A stretch of DNA of 64,000 nucleotides from an uncultured Desulfobacter sp. (GCA_963665095.1 OY762069.1:3872001-3936000); one strand, 5' to 3'. Counted from the stretch's first letter, positions 20,868-30,884 are shown. Numbers and translations are program-made. Notes: generated by a model not told the origin, from the letters alone.

Positions 20868-21178
20868 TTCAGCTAACCAATAAGGATTGATGCGACCTGA
20901 CAAGGTCGCTTTCAATCCATTGTTCAAGAAGCCCGGGTTTCATATGGGTAAAGATTGATTGTGGTGCAGGCGGGGTAGGCAAGCACAGGGTGGAAATTGA
21001 TAAAAAGTGCTTGCCGGTATGCTTTAACTTTTCAATTTTGAATAATTTTGACGTCGTTCTTTGAAAAACAGGACAGGTTCAGGGTTCGTTTTTCGGCCGC
21101 AGGACGTACTCGTCCCTGACGGTTCAGAAAACCGTTAAAAAACATGTATCCTAAAACCCGTTCCCTTTACGTTGAAGC

Positions 21179-22279
21179 CTATCCGAACCCAAAATCAGGC
21201 AACGGTAAGGGGCGGATATAGTAGATGTGACATCTGAGCTTGAGGCCCGCCCCGCATTCCGGGCAAATTGGCTTTGGCGAAGATTTGGGTGTTTCTATAG
21301 GCCGCTGTTCTTTGAACCCCAGGGTTGACTGGATAAGTGAACGGATTCGTTCAAGCGGGATGGAAGATCCCGGTCCCATGAAGCCATAATATCGGATTTT
21401 CATAAATCCTGTGGGCAGGACATGCTGAAGGAACCTGCGCATAAATTCCATTGTATCAAGGGTCATTTTCCGCAGGCGCCGGCTGCCGGGCTTTTTATAA
21501 TGGAACATCACCTTCTGCTGATCGTAATGGATAATCCGGTAGTCGGAAATCGCCACTTTGAACACATAGGGGGCCAGGTATTTGATACTGTGGTGACTGG
21601 AAACGGCCTGGGAATTTACGTTGAACGGCTTTGACCAGACGTCCGGAGCAATACTTTGAAGTATTCCGGCCGTATTCAGCTGGGTTTTAAGCTTTGCTCT
21701 GAACACCTTGGACATGGCTTTGACCGGAGCGAAGAAGGCCGGACGGCAGGGATGCCATTTGCCGTCGGTCCGGGAATATGCTCCGCCGGGAACAACATAA
21801 TGGATGTGCGGATGATACTGCATGGTCCGTCCCCAGGTGTGAAGGACTCCAAAAAAGCCGGGCAGATCACCGCCGATGAATTTGCTGTCCCTGGCAAAGG
21901 CTTTAAGTGTCTGTGAGGATGCCGCAAACAGTGCCGCATAGGCCTCCTTCTGGTTGCTTCGAAACAGAGCGCGCAATTGTTCCGGGATGGTAAATGTTAT
22001 CAGAAAATGAGGGCCCGGCAGTTGTCGTTCCAGCTGCCGGTCACGCCACTGGCGGGTTTTATGGTACTGGCATATGGGGCAGTGACGGTTTCCACAGGAA
22101 CGAAAACCGAAATGTATCCGGCCGCAGCCGGTACAATCATAGACCACCAGGCCGCAGGCAGACGTCCGGCAGGAAATGATTGCCTTCAAGGCTTTTATGT
22201 GATTTTTTGGAATGCGGGTTTTATACCGATGGAGGTATTCCCGGGCTGACCGGGCAAAAATGTTTTGAATGGCTCCCAT
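21179..22279 (-). CDS. IS91-family rolling-circle transposase
   Basis: Zn-binding N-terminus (CRT..C..CTGC..SCGNRHCPIC), HUH motif HPHIH, Y2 motif YLAPY and HVLPTGFMKIRYYGF. Confidence 0.93.
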   Translation of the reverse strand: MGAIQNIFARSAREYLHRYKTRIPKNHIKALKAIISCRTSACGLVVYDCTGCGRIHFGFRSCGNRHCPICQYHKTRQWRDRQLERQLPGPHFLITFTIPEQLRALFRSNQKEAYAALFAASSQTLKAFARDSKFIGGDLPGFFGVLHTWGRTMQYHPHIHYVVPGGAYSRTDGKWHPCRPAFFAPVKAMSKVFRAKLKTQLNTAGILQSIAPDVWSKPFNVNSQAVSSHHSIKYLAPYVFKVAISDYRIIHYDQQKVMFHYKKPGSRRLRKMTLDTMEFMRRFLQHVLPTGFMKIRYYGFMGPGSSIPLERIRSLIQSTLGFKEQRPIETPKSSPKPICPECGAGLKLRCHIYYIRPLPLPDFGFG

Positions 22280-22281
22280 GG

Positions 22282-23151
22282 CTACACCTCCTTCATCAGA
22301 TCATTGATAAGTCCGCAGGCGTGTTCATGCCCCTGGGTGGTCAGATGCAGGTAAACCATGGTGGTGGTCAGACTGCTGTGGCCCAGATACTGCTGGATGC
22401 GCCGGATGTTGACACCTGCTTCGAGCAGATGGGTGGCGTAGCTGTGGCGAAGGGTGTGGATGGTGACCCGTTTTGTGATGGGCAAAGAGGTCAGTGTCTG
22501 TCTCAGGGCTCCCCTGACGGAATTGCTCCTCATGGGTTCTTCTGCTGTTGAGGCTTCTTTGCCGTTGCGTCCAAGTTTTGGAAAGATCAGTTTGGGGTTG
22601 CGATGGGTGGCCCAGTATTCACGCAGAATAAAAAGTGTCTTTTCAGGCAGCGGCACGTATCGGTCCTTTGCGCCTTTGCCCCGATGGACATGGATGAACA
22701 TGCGCTGGCTGTCAATGTCCCTGACCTGGAGGCTCAATCCCTCATTGAGCCTGAGACCGCAGGAGTAGACAGTGGTCAGGTAGGCTTTGTTCCAGGGTGT
22801 CCGGACAGCAGTAAGAATGGACTTAACCTCGTTAATACTGAGTACGGATGGTAACCGCTGTTCCCGTTTGGCATTAATCAGGGCAAGCGTATGCCAGTCC
22901 CGCTGCAGCACATTGATGAAGAAGAACTTTATGCCGCTGTAGCAGATACGCATGGTGGCGGCAGACCATTGATCAACGTTTTTGCGATGGAGAAAATAAT
23001 CCTGCAGTTCCCGCTCGGTGATTTCATCAGGGGTTTTGCCGAAGAAATCGACCAGCATACGGATAGCGCGGGTGTAGTTCTTTTGAGTGGAAGTGCTCAT
23101 CCCGGCAAGTTGCAGGGCCCTCATTGATTGTTGATAATAATCGCTCATCAT
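22282..23151 (-). CDS. Tyrosine recombinase associated with the IS91-like transposase
   Basis: Catalytic R (GLRLNE), K (GKGAKDR), HTLRH, LGH and Y (MVYLH). Likely start at MMSDYY. Confidence 0.9.
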   Translation of the reverse strand: MMSDYYQQSMRALQLAGMSTSTQKNYTRAIRMLVDFFGKTPDEITERELQDYFLHRKNVDQWSAATMRICYSGIKFFFINVLQRDWHTLALINAKREQRLPSVLSINEVKSILTAVRTPWNKAYLTTVYSCGLRLNEGLSLQVRDIDSQRMFIHVHRGKGAKDRYVPLPEKTLFILREYWATHRNPKLIFPKLGRNGKEASTAEEPMRSNSVRGALRQTLTSLPITKRVTIHTLRHSYATHLLEAGVNIRRIQQYLGHSSLTTTMVYLHLTTQGHEHACGLINDLMKEV

Positions 23152-23285
23152 ACCGTCTCCTTTCATGTGAAGGGTTAATTGGATTGGCGTCCAGATACGA
23201 TACGATGAAAATGACGGGCAATGCAACTTGCCGATTTTATTAATTAGAGTAGTTGTTTGGCTGCCGCGTAGCGGCTTACTTGAAC

Positions 23286-23405
23286 AAGCCGCTCCAGCCG
23301 ACCCGGGGGGCCTAGCGACTTTTGAAAGACCTTGATTTTTGAAAGGATTGGGCTTTTACAACGCGCTCGGCAATTTGCCCCGGTCGGCTGAGCTTGTCGT
23401 TGTGC
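23286..23405 (+). other. attC1 (main body; original R'' at 20871-20877)
   Basis: CAGCCGACC...GGTCGGCTG arms, R' GTTGTGC at 23399-23405. Confidence 0.85.
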
Positions 23406-23432
23406 CTTTAAAATCCAAAGAGGAATTTTAAA

Positions 23433-24173
23433 ATGTTGCTTTCCACTAAAATTGCGATTTGCTCCTCAATTATTGCGTTCGGGGCACTGGCTGTTTCTAT
23501 AGCATCTCTTTGGAAGACTCATCTTTCAAAATTCAATCCAGTATCAGCTGTTGGCCGTATACGCCATCGCATTTATCCGATCAAAAATGAGGAACAACGT
23601 TGGTTTATTTCAAGTTTCGACATACCGCTAACCATAACAAACGATGGTGCTCGTACTGGGAAGATATTGGATCTTCGCCTCATACTACATTTCCCAGAAA
23701 TTCCAATTCCAAACAATCAAGAAAGTATTAAGCCGACATTTGAAATAAGCCCTTCTGATGCACGGAAAATAGACAAAAGAAGATTTGAATGGATTGAAGA
23801 AATTGTGATAGGAGAATGGATGCCTTTTATTATTCTTCCTAAAAAAACAATCAGAAAACATATAGTTTTTGAAACGCGATGGGATGACCCTGTCATTCAA
23901 AATCAAATAGAAGCGGAACTTGAACTACTTACCGATTCCTCTATAAAATGGAAAAAAGTCTGTAGTTGGAATTTGTTTCTTGATGCCGCATCTTGGGGTG
24001 AGCGTGCAAATCGGGGTACATCTTTTTATTATCACCCAAAAGGATTTCAGTTTGATTATGGCAAGTGTTATCCCAAAGACCTTCATAAATATACAGGATC
24101 AAAGGAAGAGATACCGCTTAACGGATATGATGCGGCACCATCATATTTAGATTTTCCAGAAAATAAAGAATAA
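23433..24173 (+). CDS. Cassette 2: hypothetical protein with an N-terminal TM helix
   Basis: 246 aa, AT-rich, AGAGGA RBS. Bounded by GTTGTGC and GCACAA. Confidence 0.8.
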   Translation: MLLSTKIAICSSIIAFGALAVSIASLWKTHLSKFNPVSAVGRIRHRIYPIKNEEQRWFISSFDIPLTITNDGARTGKILDLRLILHFPEIPIPNNQESIKPTFEISPSDARKIDKRRFEWIEEIVIGEWMPFIILPKKTIRKHIVFETRWDDPVIQNQIEAELELLTDSSIKWKKVCSWNLFLDAASWGERANRGTSFYYHPKGFQFDYGKCYPKDLHKYTGSKEEIPLNGYDAAPSYLDFPENKE

Positions 24174-24184
24174 GCTAAATATTT

Positions 24185-24311
24185 GCACAAAACGCTGGAG
24201 AGGGACCAGGCTTACTGCGCGGCCTTTCGGGAGTGCCTGGTCCAGGAAAATTAAAACTTTTATCGGAGCTTTTAGGGTTTAAAAGCCTGGCCCCTCAGCT
24301 CCCCGTTGGCC
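24185..24311 (+). other. attC2 (R'' damaged by a small deletion)
   Basis: GCACA-AAACGCTGGAG...CCAGGCTT/AAGCCTGG...CTCAGCTCCCC-GTTGGCC. Same family as the attC at 34487. Confidence 0.8.
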
Positions 24312-24344
24312 CTTTAACTTCAAAAATGAAACAGAGGGAATAAT

Positions 24345-25718
24345 ATGCATATGCAACGTATGGACTGGGAAAAGTTGTTAGCTGAAGAACGGTGTGGTTC
24401 TGAGACAAAAAAAAGTAATGATGGTCGAAGTCAATTCCAAAAAGATATTGATAGGATTACATTTTCAAGCTCATTCCGAAGATTGGGAAGGAAAACGCAA
24501 GTTCACCCGCTGAATGAAAACGATCATATACATACTCGTTTGTCTCATAGCTTGGAGGTTGCCTGCGTTGGAAGAAGCCTTGGCCTTATGTTGGGGTATT
24601 TTTTAGAATCTATAAAGGAACTCCCCAAAAATATAACCCCTTCAAATGTTGGTGAAATTTTACGTGCTGCCTGCTTGGCTCATGATATTGGGAACCCTCC
24701 TTTTGGCCATGCCGGTGAAGAAGTCATAAAAAAATGGTTTACGCAAGCTTTTCAGGCATCGGAATTAAAAAACAGAATAACACCTAAAGCTTATGAATCA
24801 GATTTTACATGCTACGATGGTAATGCAATGGCATTTCGGATTGTTGTATATAAAGAGTATTATACAGGTAACGGAGGGATGAGACTTACCTATCCAACAA
24901 TAGGGGCAATGTTGAAGTATCCTTGGACTTCACACTACGTCGAAAAAAAGGAAAAATTTAGTTGTTTTATTTCTGAATTTGATGTCTTTACTAAAATTTG
25001 CGAAAAATTAGGACTTAATTGCATAGAAAAATCTATTGAGGAAAGAAAAGCGAAATTTGTACGCCATCCATTGGCATTTATGGTCGAGGCAGCAGATGAT
25101 ATTTGCTATAAAATATTAGATATAGAAGATGCAGTTGAGTTAGGTCTGTTGGACCCTTGCTTTATGGAACAACAATTCAAATCTAAATTACGCCTAAAAG
25201 ATGAAGAGAATGAACTTTTAAGTTCTGAATTGGTTTCAAGGAGGACGAAGAATGCTTTATTACGTGGAAAAATGATGGAGCTTTTAATATCTGATACATT
25301 TCAAGTTTTTAAGGATAATTACAATCAAATAATGGAAGGTAGCTACAACACAGGCTTAATCGATACGAAAACTAAAGAAAGTTGCAATGCCCTTAATGAC
25401 GCATATCAATACGTAATTGATACTGTGTATTCAAGTAGACGTAAAACATTAATTGAAATCGGGGCATTTTCAACAATTGGTCATTTACTAGACACACTCA
25501 GTGAGGCGGCCTTTCAAGTTTGTTTCTTAGAAAAAAATCGTCGATCTTATAAAACAAAAAAAATTTGTGAGCTATTAAAATCGAATATCCCCGATGTTTC
25601 TAAGCCAGATCCCGCATCGTTTTATTATGGACTTATGTTTGCTTTAGATTATGTAACAGGAATGACTGATCAATATGCAACATCAATGAACAAAAAAATT
25701 TTGGGACTTGATGTATAA
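24345..25718 (+). CDS. dgt: Cassette 3: dNTP triphosphohydrolase (dGTPase family)
   Basis: FRRLGRKTQV, HTRLSHSLEV, LAHDIGNPPFGHAGE, DGNA, KYP, EAADDICY and DYVTGMTD. Confidence 0.9.
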   Translation: MHMQRMDWEKLLAEERCGSETKKSNDGRSQFQKDIDRITFSSSFRRLGRKTQVHPLNENDHIHTRLSHSLEVACVGRSLGLMLGYFLESIKELPKNITPSNVGEILRAACLAHDIGNPPFGHAGEEVIKKWFTQAFQASELKNRITPKAYESDFTCYDGNAMAFRIVVYKEYYTGNGGMRLTYPTIGAMLKYPWTSHYVEKKEKFSCFISEFDVFTKICEKLGLNCIEKSIEERKAKFVRHPLAFMVEAADDICYKILDIEDAVELGLLDPCFMEQQFKSKLRLKDEENELLSSELVSRRTKNALLRGKMMELLISDTFQVFKDNYNQIMEGSYNTGLIDTKTKESCNALNDAYQYVIDTVYSSRRKTLIEIGAFSTIGHLLDTLSEAAFQVCFLEKNRRSYKTKKICELLKSNIPDVSKPDPASFYYGLMFALDYVTGMTDQYATSMNKKILGLDV

Positions 25719-25723
25719 AATTC

Positions 25724-25775
25724 GGCCTGCATTGCACCTGACTCGCGGAGCTCGCCGATGAATTTTACGTTATGT
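25724..25775 (+). other. attC3, short and degenerate (R'' AAC missing)
   Basis: GGCC matches the upstream GTTGGCC but lacks AAC. Ends in GTTATGT, followed by an RBS/ATG of a truncated cassette at 25804. Confidence 0.55.
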
Positions 25776-25814
25776 GTAAGATGTAAGAAAATAAAGGATC
25801 ATCATGAAATATGA

Positions 25815-26412
25815 ACTTTAGAACACGTTTATCCTTTGTCTTAGTAGCCAGTCTGCTCATCAAACGGTCGTGGTTCACCCTGTCAAAGAATTTTGACAGA
25901 TCCATGTCAACGGTATATCCGTACCCTGAAGCCAGATGATGCCTGGCCCTGAAGATTGCTTTATGCTGAGATTTTCCCGGCCTGAATCCAAAACTCGAAT
26001 TAGAAAAGGAAGGGTCCCAGATCTCTTGCAGAACCTGGCCTATTGCCTGTTGGATCAGACGATCCAGAATAGTGGGAATACCAAGCAGTCTTACGCCTCC
26101 CCCTGGCTTTGGAATTTCTTTCCTCCTGACCGGGGATGGCTTGTACCTGCCGTTTAACAGGTCTTCCCTGATTTTAGGCCAATGGCGTTTAAGGTATCCC
26201 GGCAGTTGCTCAACAGTCATCTTGTCGATACCGGGTGCCCCTTTGTTACCACGGACCCGTGCTAGTGCTTTAAACATATTTCCCCTCTCAAGGATCATCT
26301 CCATGAGCCTGGGACTTTTTGCCAGATGTTCGGTAAACAGATACGCTACAGTTATTTCAGGCGGCTGCTGCATGATAACCATAAGTAATATGCTCCTAAT
26401 AATCGTTTTCAT
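25815..26412 (-). pseudogene. ltrA: Truncated class C intron reverse transcriptase/maturase
   Basis: NKGAPGID, EIPKPGGGVRLLGIPTILDRLIQQA, SFGFRPG and DLSKFFDRVNHD. No YADD; fused to cassette remnant DNA. Confidence 0.88.
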
Positions 26413-26888
26413 TTACCCGAACCGCTGGTCCGGGCACCGTTCGGGCCTTCACCGGGGTGAGTCCTCCGTGTTGTTCACAGCTCGTTTCCACCGGCTAATA
26501 TACCCTCTGCTGACTTCTCCCATGCGGTCAGGACAGGTTACCCTGCCCTCAGCCGTAAGGCACATGGGAGACCTCCCGGGGTAAACACATGTCTTTCGGT
26601 ACGTGGGCGCCGGGTTTACGGACACCCTATAATGGATAGAGGACTTCGTCTTGTTGTGCAGACTCGTCCCAGTGTGGACGCCTTATACCCGATTTCTGTA
26701 CGTCACCCCGTACCTTTGCGGTACCCTGCCTCGGCAGGGCGGCTTCCTTCCGAAGTACCGTCGCCGGCACTCCGTTGCCATACCGCTATACCCTTCGCCT
26801 CCATCTGGCTGGGTTTGGGACTTGCCTTGACTTCCAAATACGGAAATCATAGGCTCACCCTTAAGAGCATGTGCCGTGCCCGGCACAC
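25815..26888 (-). mobile_element. Class C (IIC-attC type) group II intron, 3'-truncated
   Basis: 5' end GTGTGCCGGGCACGG at 26888, directly before the ACAA of attC4. IIC-like DI-DIII. RT ORF stops after RT domain 3. Confidence 0.88.
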
Positions 26889-26935
26889 ACAATCCAAATG
26901 AAGACGGATAAACCGCTTATTTGGAAACGTTAGGC
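26889..26935 (+). other. attC4 (short type), intron-interrupted
   Basis: ACAA-TCCAAAT...ATTTGGA-AAC-GTTAGGC hairpin. Confidence 0.75.
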
Positions 26936-26953
26936 ATACAAATAATTGGAGTG

Positions 26954-27610
26954 ATGATGAGCCTAAATATTACACGAAAACTGTTGTTTATTTATTTGCT
27001 AGCCACATCGATGCTTATAGCTATTGCATTCGTAAGTGTGGTATTCAATATTAGCATTCCCACATTTACCAGGGATGTTACAGCCATTGCAAATATTCAC
27101 CCTTTTTCAGGGATTCTTTCGAATTTAGGAATTTATCTGTGGTGTATATCCGCATCGTCTAGTTTCTTTGCCGCTATGGTGCTGCTAGAATTAAAACAGA
27201 TAAAAAGCTTTTCGTTTTTATTTAGTTCAGCCCTATTATCAACATATCTCATGCTTGACGATGCATTTCTAATTCATGAGGATTTATTTTCCAGATTTTT
27301 GGGTGTGAGTGAAAAAGTTATCTTTGTCATATTAGGAATAGTTGTATTAGTATATCTAAAATACTTTATTCATATCATCTTGAAGACAAAATATATTACC
27401 CTGTTGTTGGCCTTCGCGTTTCTATCTTTATCTGTAGTGATTGATTCCATCCTTGAACCATGGCTGTGGCGTCTTGGTCACTGGGAATTCTTCATTGAAG
27501 ACGGAGCTAAATGGATAGGCATAGTAAGTTGGTGTATTTATTACGTGGGCACCTCTTTTCATTTTGTTGTAGATGCATATAAATTGCCTAACAAGGCACT
27601 CGGACAGTAA
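26954..27610 (+). CDS. Cassette: multi-pass membrane protein, unknown function
   Basis: About 6-7 TM segments with DDAFLIHE and EDGAKW. Bounded by GTTAGGC and GCCTAAC. Confidence 0.8.
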   Translation: MMSLNITRKLLFIYLLATSMLIAIAFVSVVFNISIPTFTRDVTAIANIHPFSGILSNLGIYLWCISASSSFFAAMVLLELKQIKSFSFLFSSALLSTYLMLDDAFLIHEDLFSRFLGVSEKVIFVILGIVVLVYLKYFIHIILKTKYITLLLAFAFLSLSVVIDSILEPWLWRLGHWEFFIEDGAKWIGIVSWCIYYVGTSFHFVVDAYKLPNKALGQ

Positions 27611-27661
27611 AAAGCGCCGCTACGCTTTGCTTTTTACTGCCGGTGATTTTCGGCGTTGGCT
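27586..27661 (+). other. attC5
   Basis: R'' GCCTAAC, CAGTAAAAAGC/GCTTTTTACTG stem and R' GTTGGCT. Confidence 0.85.
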
Positions 27662-28029
27662 ACGCAGATGGAAACAAAATCATCACCACAATGGAGTGAA
27701 GTGGACCCCATGTCAAGACCGATTTTAACGTTTTTTAAGCTACATTTTCTCTGTTTCTAATTTCGAATCAGCCTGTTAAAGACCCTCTTTTCCGGCATAT
27801 TTTTCTTGATATTTAATACCGCTATGTTATCCTCCCGCCGCCAACCCGGAGGATAGGGCAATGCTGGGAAGCAACCTGAGCGCCGTGGCTGGCGACGAAG
27901 ACATGGGGGCAGTATACGTTTAATGTATGCTGTCCTTCCCCCATGTTTTTGTCCTTAATGCGTTAAATCCTCGCGCCTTAGCGCGAAATCAATACCCCGT
28001 AGGGCCGCCGGAGGCATCAGGCCTTTCCT

Positions 28030-28836
28030 TTAAGCCGCTCGATAGACCGAAAACGGCACCTTATACCCCAGGGCTGAATGAAGTCTCTCCCGATTATAAA
28101 ACCCGATAAACGCTTTTAACGATTGCTGAGCCTCTCTTACCGTTCTGTAGTCCTTCAAATAGACTTCTTCGTATTTAATCGTTCTCCACAGCCGTTCCAC
28201 AAAAACGTTGTCCAAGGCTCTGCCCTTTGAATCCATGCTGATTTTGATGTTTTTAGCCTGGAGTATCTTCAAAAATTTTAATGAAGTGAACTGACTACCC
28301 TGGTCAGTGTTGAAAATCTCAGGTGTCGATACAATCAATGCCTCCTCAAGGGCCTCAATACAAAATGTATTCTCAAGGGTGTTACTGAGGCGCCATGAAA
28401 GGACATATCTGCTAAACCAATCCATAACCGCCGATAAGTACATAAATCCGTTTCCAATTCTAATGTATGTGATATCTGTACTCCATACCTGATCTGGCCT
28501 GTCAATTACGGCATTTTTCAGCAAATAGGGGTAAACTTTATGGCTTTCATCCCTCCTTGTTGTTTTAGGTCCTGGGTAAATCGCTTCTATTCTCATCAGC
28601 TTCATCAGGCGCTGTACTCGTTTCCTGCTTACCGGATACCCCATATTGTTCAGCCAGGCTGTAAGCCTACGGCTTCCATAAAAGGGGGTTTTGGTATGCT
28701 GCTCATCAAGCAGATCCATAAGGGTTAATGTATACGGGCTTATGGCTACCGGCCTGTAATACAACGCCCCTTTTGAAACCTGAAGCAGTTCACACTGCCG
28801 GTTAATGCTGATGGAAGGATGTTGTTTATCTATCAA
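28030..28836 (-). CDS. IS3 OrfB, DDE integrase core
   Basis: WSTDITYI, FNTDQGSQF and DNVFVERLWRTIKYE. Confidence 0.92.
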   Translation of the reverse strand: MIDKQHPSISINRQCELLQVSKGALYYRPVAISPYTLTLMDLLDEQHTKTPFYGSRRLTAWLNNMGYPVSRKRVQRLMKLMRIEAIYPGPKTTRRDESHKVYPYLLKNAVIDRPDQVWSTDITYIRIGNGFMYLSAVMDWFSRYVLSWRLSNTLENTFCIEALEEALIVSTPEIFNTDQGSQFTSLKFLKILQAKNIKISMDSKGRALDNVFVERLWRTIKYEEVYLKDYRTVREAQQSLKAFIGFYNRERLHSALGYKVPFSVYRAA

Positions 28837-28846
28837 CCCCCTTCTG

Positions 28847-29131
28847 TCAGAGATTGATTGTATTAACCTTTTTTTTTAACCAGTCATTCTCAACTTCGAG
28901 CTGACCGATTTTCTTATATAATTCGTCTATTAGATTCTGAGTATCATTTGGGCTTTTCTTTTTCGCTGATGAAAACAACGTCGGAAGACCCTCTATCGCT
29001 TCTTTCTTCCATCTGTTTAACATAGTTCGATGAACCTGGTATTTGGATGACAACTCCGCAAGAGTTTCATTTTCTCGAATCACATCAACTACAACTTTAG
29101 CTTTGAACTTTCCGGTATAATTTTTTCTCAT
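28847..29131 (-). CDS. IS3 OrfA (HTH)
   Basis: FKAKVV..HTH..IGQLEVENDWLKKK, with an A9 tract at the 3' end. Confidence 0.88.
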   Translation of the reverse strand: MRKNYTGKFKAKVVVDVIRENETLAELSSKYQVHRTMLNRWKKEAIEGLPTLFSSAKKKSPNDTQNLIDELYKKIGQLEVENDWLKKKVNTINL

Positions 29132-29220
29132 GGACCTCCTTTTTCGGTACAAATTTGAACCGGGTTTTTATCACCTCATATGTACCTTAGCAACTGGTTC
29201 AAATTTCGGGGTCCATTATA

Positions 29221-30026
29221 CCTCCTTGCGGAGTTCCTTTTAGCGGATAAACAAGTGATCCGTCCGGCATTGCGATTGGGGCCTTTAGCCACCGTTCAAC
29301 ATACAAAAGTACCCAGCGACAATCTGTGTGTTTTACTACAGCTCTCATCAAAAGTTCATGACTGATATTGTCAAAAAATCCTTTGACATCAAGATCCAAC
29401 ACCCAGTCATACCGCCAGCATCTTTTGCGTGCTTCCCCCACGGCATCCAGGGCTGACTTGTTTGGCAGATAACCATACGAGTCCGGATGAAAATGATGCT
29501 CTAATAACGGTTCGAGATACTGTTTTACAACCATCTGGGCGACACGATCTCCCACAGTTGGAATACCAAGGGGCCTCATTCGGCCATCCCCTTTTGGTAT
29601 CTCTATACGCGCTACCGGAGGAGGGAAATAACTGCCGGAAGACATCCGGTTCCATATTTTGAAAAGGTTATTGGTAATATCCTTTTCAAAATCAACTATG
29701 GACTGATTATCTATTCCAGCCCCACCACGGTTTGCTTTCACGCATTTGTATGCTTCCCAAACTTGACGCTTTGAGATAATAAACGACTTTACTTTTTTCA
29801 ACAGAATCCTTCCCTATACGGGTTGTTCTTATGTTAAAAGTTGAACGACGCAACCCCTTCGCTCCAGTCCCATTACAGCACCTTCTTCACTACTACGAGT
29901 TGCTCCGCCCCTGTGCTCCGCTTCGGTACTCTGATCCTTGTGGTGCTTCCACTTGGATTTCTCCCTTAGCATCGGAACGACAGGTTCCCATGTTCCATAA
30001 GAAAGCCTAAGATATGTTCATGCCGC
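29221..30026 (-). pseudogene. Class D group II intron fragment (part of DI, DII-DIII and the 5' half of the RT ORF starting at 29801), truncated by IS3
   Basis: Near-identical to about 32307-33112. RT breaks at GTPQGG at the IS3 end. Confidence 0.88.
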
Positions 30027-30693
30027 CCCCCGGCGTACGGATCTCGTACCAAGGCGGTTCGGCTGGTATGAATAGAATCGGTTGTAGGTTATCCCACCGA
30101 TTTTATCGGGCTTTGGGCAAAGTCATGCTATGGAAATTTCGACCACTGCCGCATTATTTCCATAAAATCCTTCTACTTACTCACCACAACCATTTACCCA
30201 AGCCATTCGGCCCGGGTACCGTTCAGGCCTTCATCGGGGTGAGGCCTCCGGGTGTACTTCTCCCATGACAGGGAGGCCCGGCTCGTTTCCTTCCGACTAC
30301 TATGCCCTCTGCTGACTTCTCCCATGCGGTCAGGACCGGTTACCCGGCCCTCAGCCAATCCGGCACATGGGAGATCTCCCGGGGTAAACACATGTCTTTC
30401 GGTACGTGAATGCCGGGTTTACGGACATACCCTGTAATGGATAGAGGACTTTGCCTTGTGTGGCAGGCTCGTCCCGGTATGCGCGCCTTATACCCGATTC
30501 CTGTACGTCATCCCGTACCTTCGTGGTGCCTTGCCTCAGCAAAGCGGCTTCCTCCCGAAGCACCGTCACCGGTACCCCGTTGCACTACCACTACACCCTT
30601 CGCCTCCATCCGGCTGGGTCTAAGACTTGCCAAATGTATTGGAATTCTATACATTTGACTCACTCTTAAGAACATGTGCCGTGCCCGGCACAC
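30026..30693 (-). mobile_element. ORF-less class C group II intron (DI-DV), host of the class D fragment
   Basis: GTGTG 5' end at 30693 and DV GAACCGCCTTGGTACG..CCGTACGCCGGG. Essentially identical to 33820-34485. Confidence 0.88.
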
Positions 30694-30694
30694 C

Positions 30695-30815
30695 ACAAGC
30701 CGTTGCAGCCGACCCGGGGTTCTAGCGGCTTTTTGAAAGTGCTCGGTTTTCGAAAAAATTTGGCTTTTACAATCTGCTCGGCACAAGCCCCGGGCGGCTG
30801 AACTACACGTTGGCC
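30695..30815 (+). other. attC6, intron-interrupted
   Basis: ACAAGCCGTTGCAGCCGACCCGGGG...CCCCGGGCGGCTGAACTACAC-GTTGGCC. Confidence 0.85.
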
Positions 30816-30829
30816 TCAAAAAATACCAA

Positions 30830-30858
30830 TTGACAAAATGTACACTATGATGCACACT
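30830..30858 (+). promoter_or_regulatory. Sigma70-type promoter of the TA cassette
   Basis: TTGACA-17 nt-CACACT, with TGTACA/TGCACA operator-like motifs. Confidence 0.55.
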
Positions 30859-30884
30859 AAAGAGCATAAATATGGAGGTGTATC

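Larger units (their letters stand above)
20878..23285 (-). mobile_element. IS91-family element carrying a tyrosine recombinase and a Y2 HUH transposase, inserted in attC1
   Basis: Removing it restores GCTAAC|AAGCCGCTCCAGCCGACCC, the same attC family as at 30695. Minus strand begins GTTC with a GCCGC-TAC-GCGGC hairpin (ter-like). Ori-like hairpin at 20884-20918. No target duplication. Confidence 0.85.
27697..29220 (-). mobile_element. IS3-family insertion sequence
   Basis: Imperfect IRs TGAAGTGGACCCC and TATAATGGACCCC; orfA and orfB. No target duplication, implying an adjacent deletion. Confidence 0.88.

Noticed and set aside
22282..23226. Tyrosine recombinase as the integron integrase IntI
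   Set aside because: It lacks the IntI-specific insertion, lies inside the array, and is tightly coupled to an IS91 transposase within the element's ends.
30014..30867. Short ORFs repeated at 30.0-30.9, 33.1-33.7 and 33.9-34.6 kb
   Set aside because: They are incidental frames within structured intron RNA.
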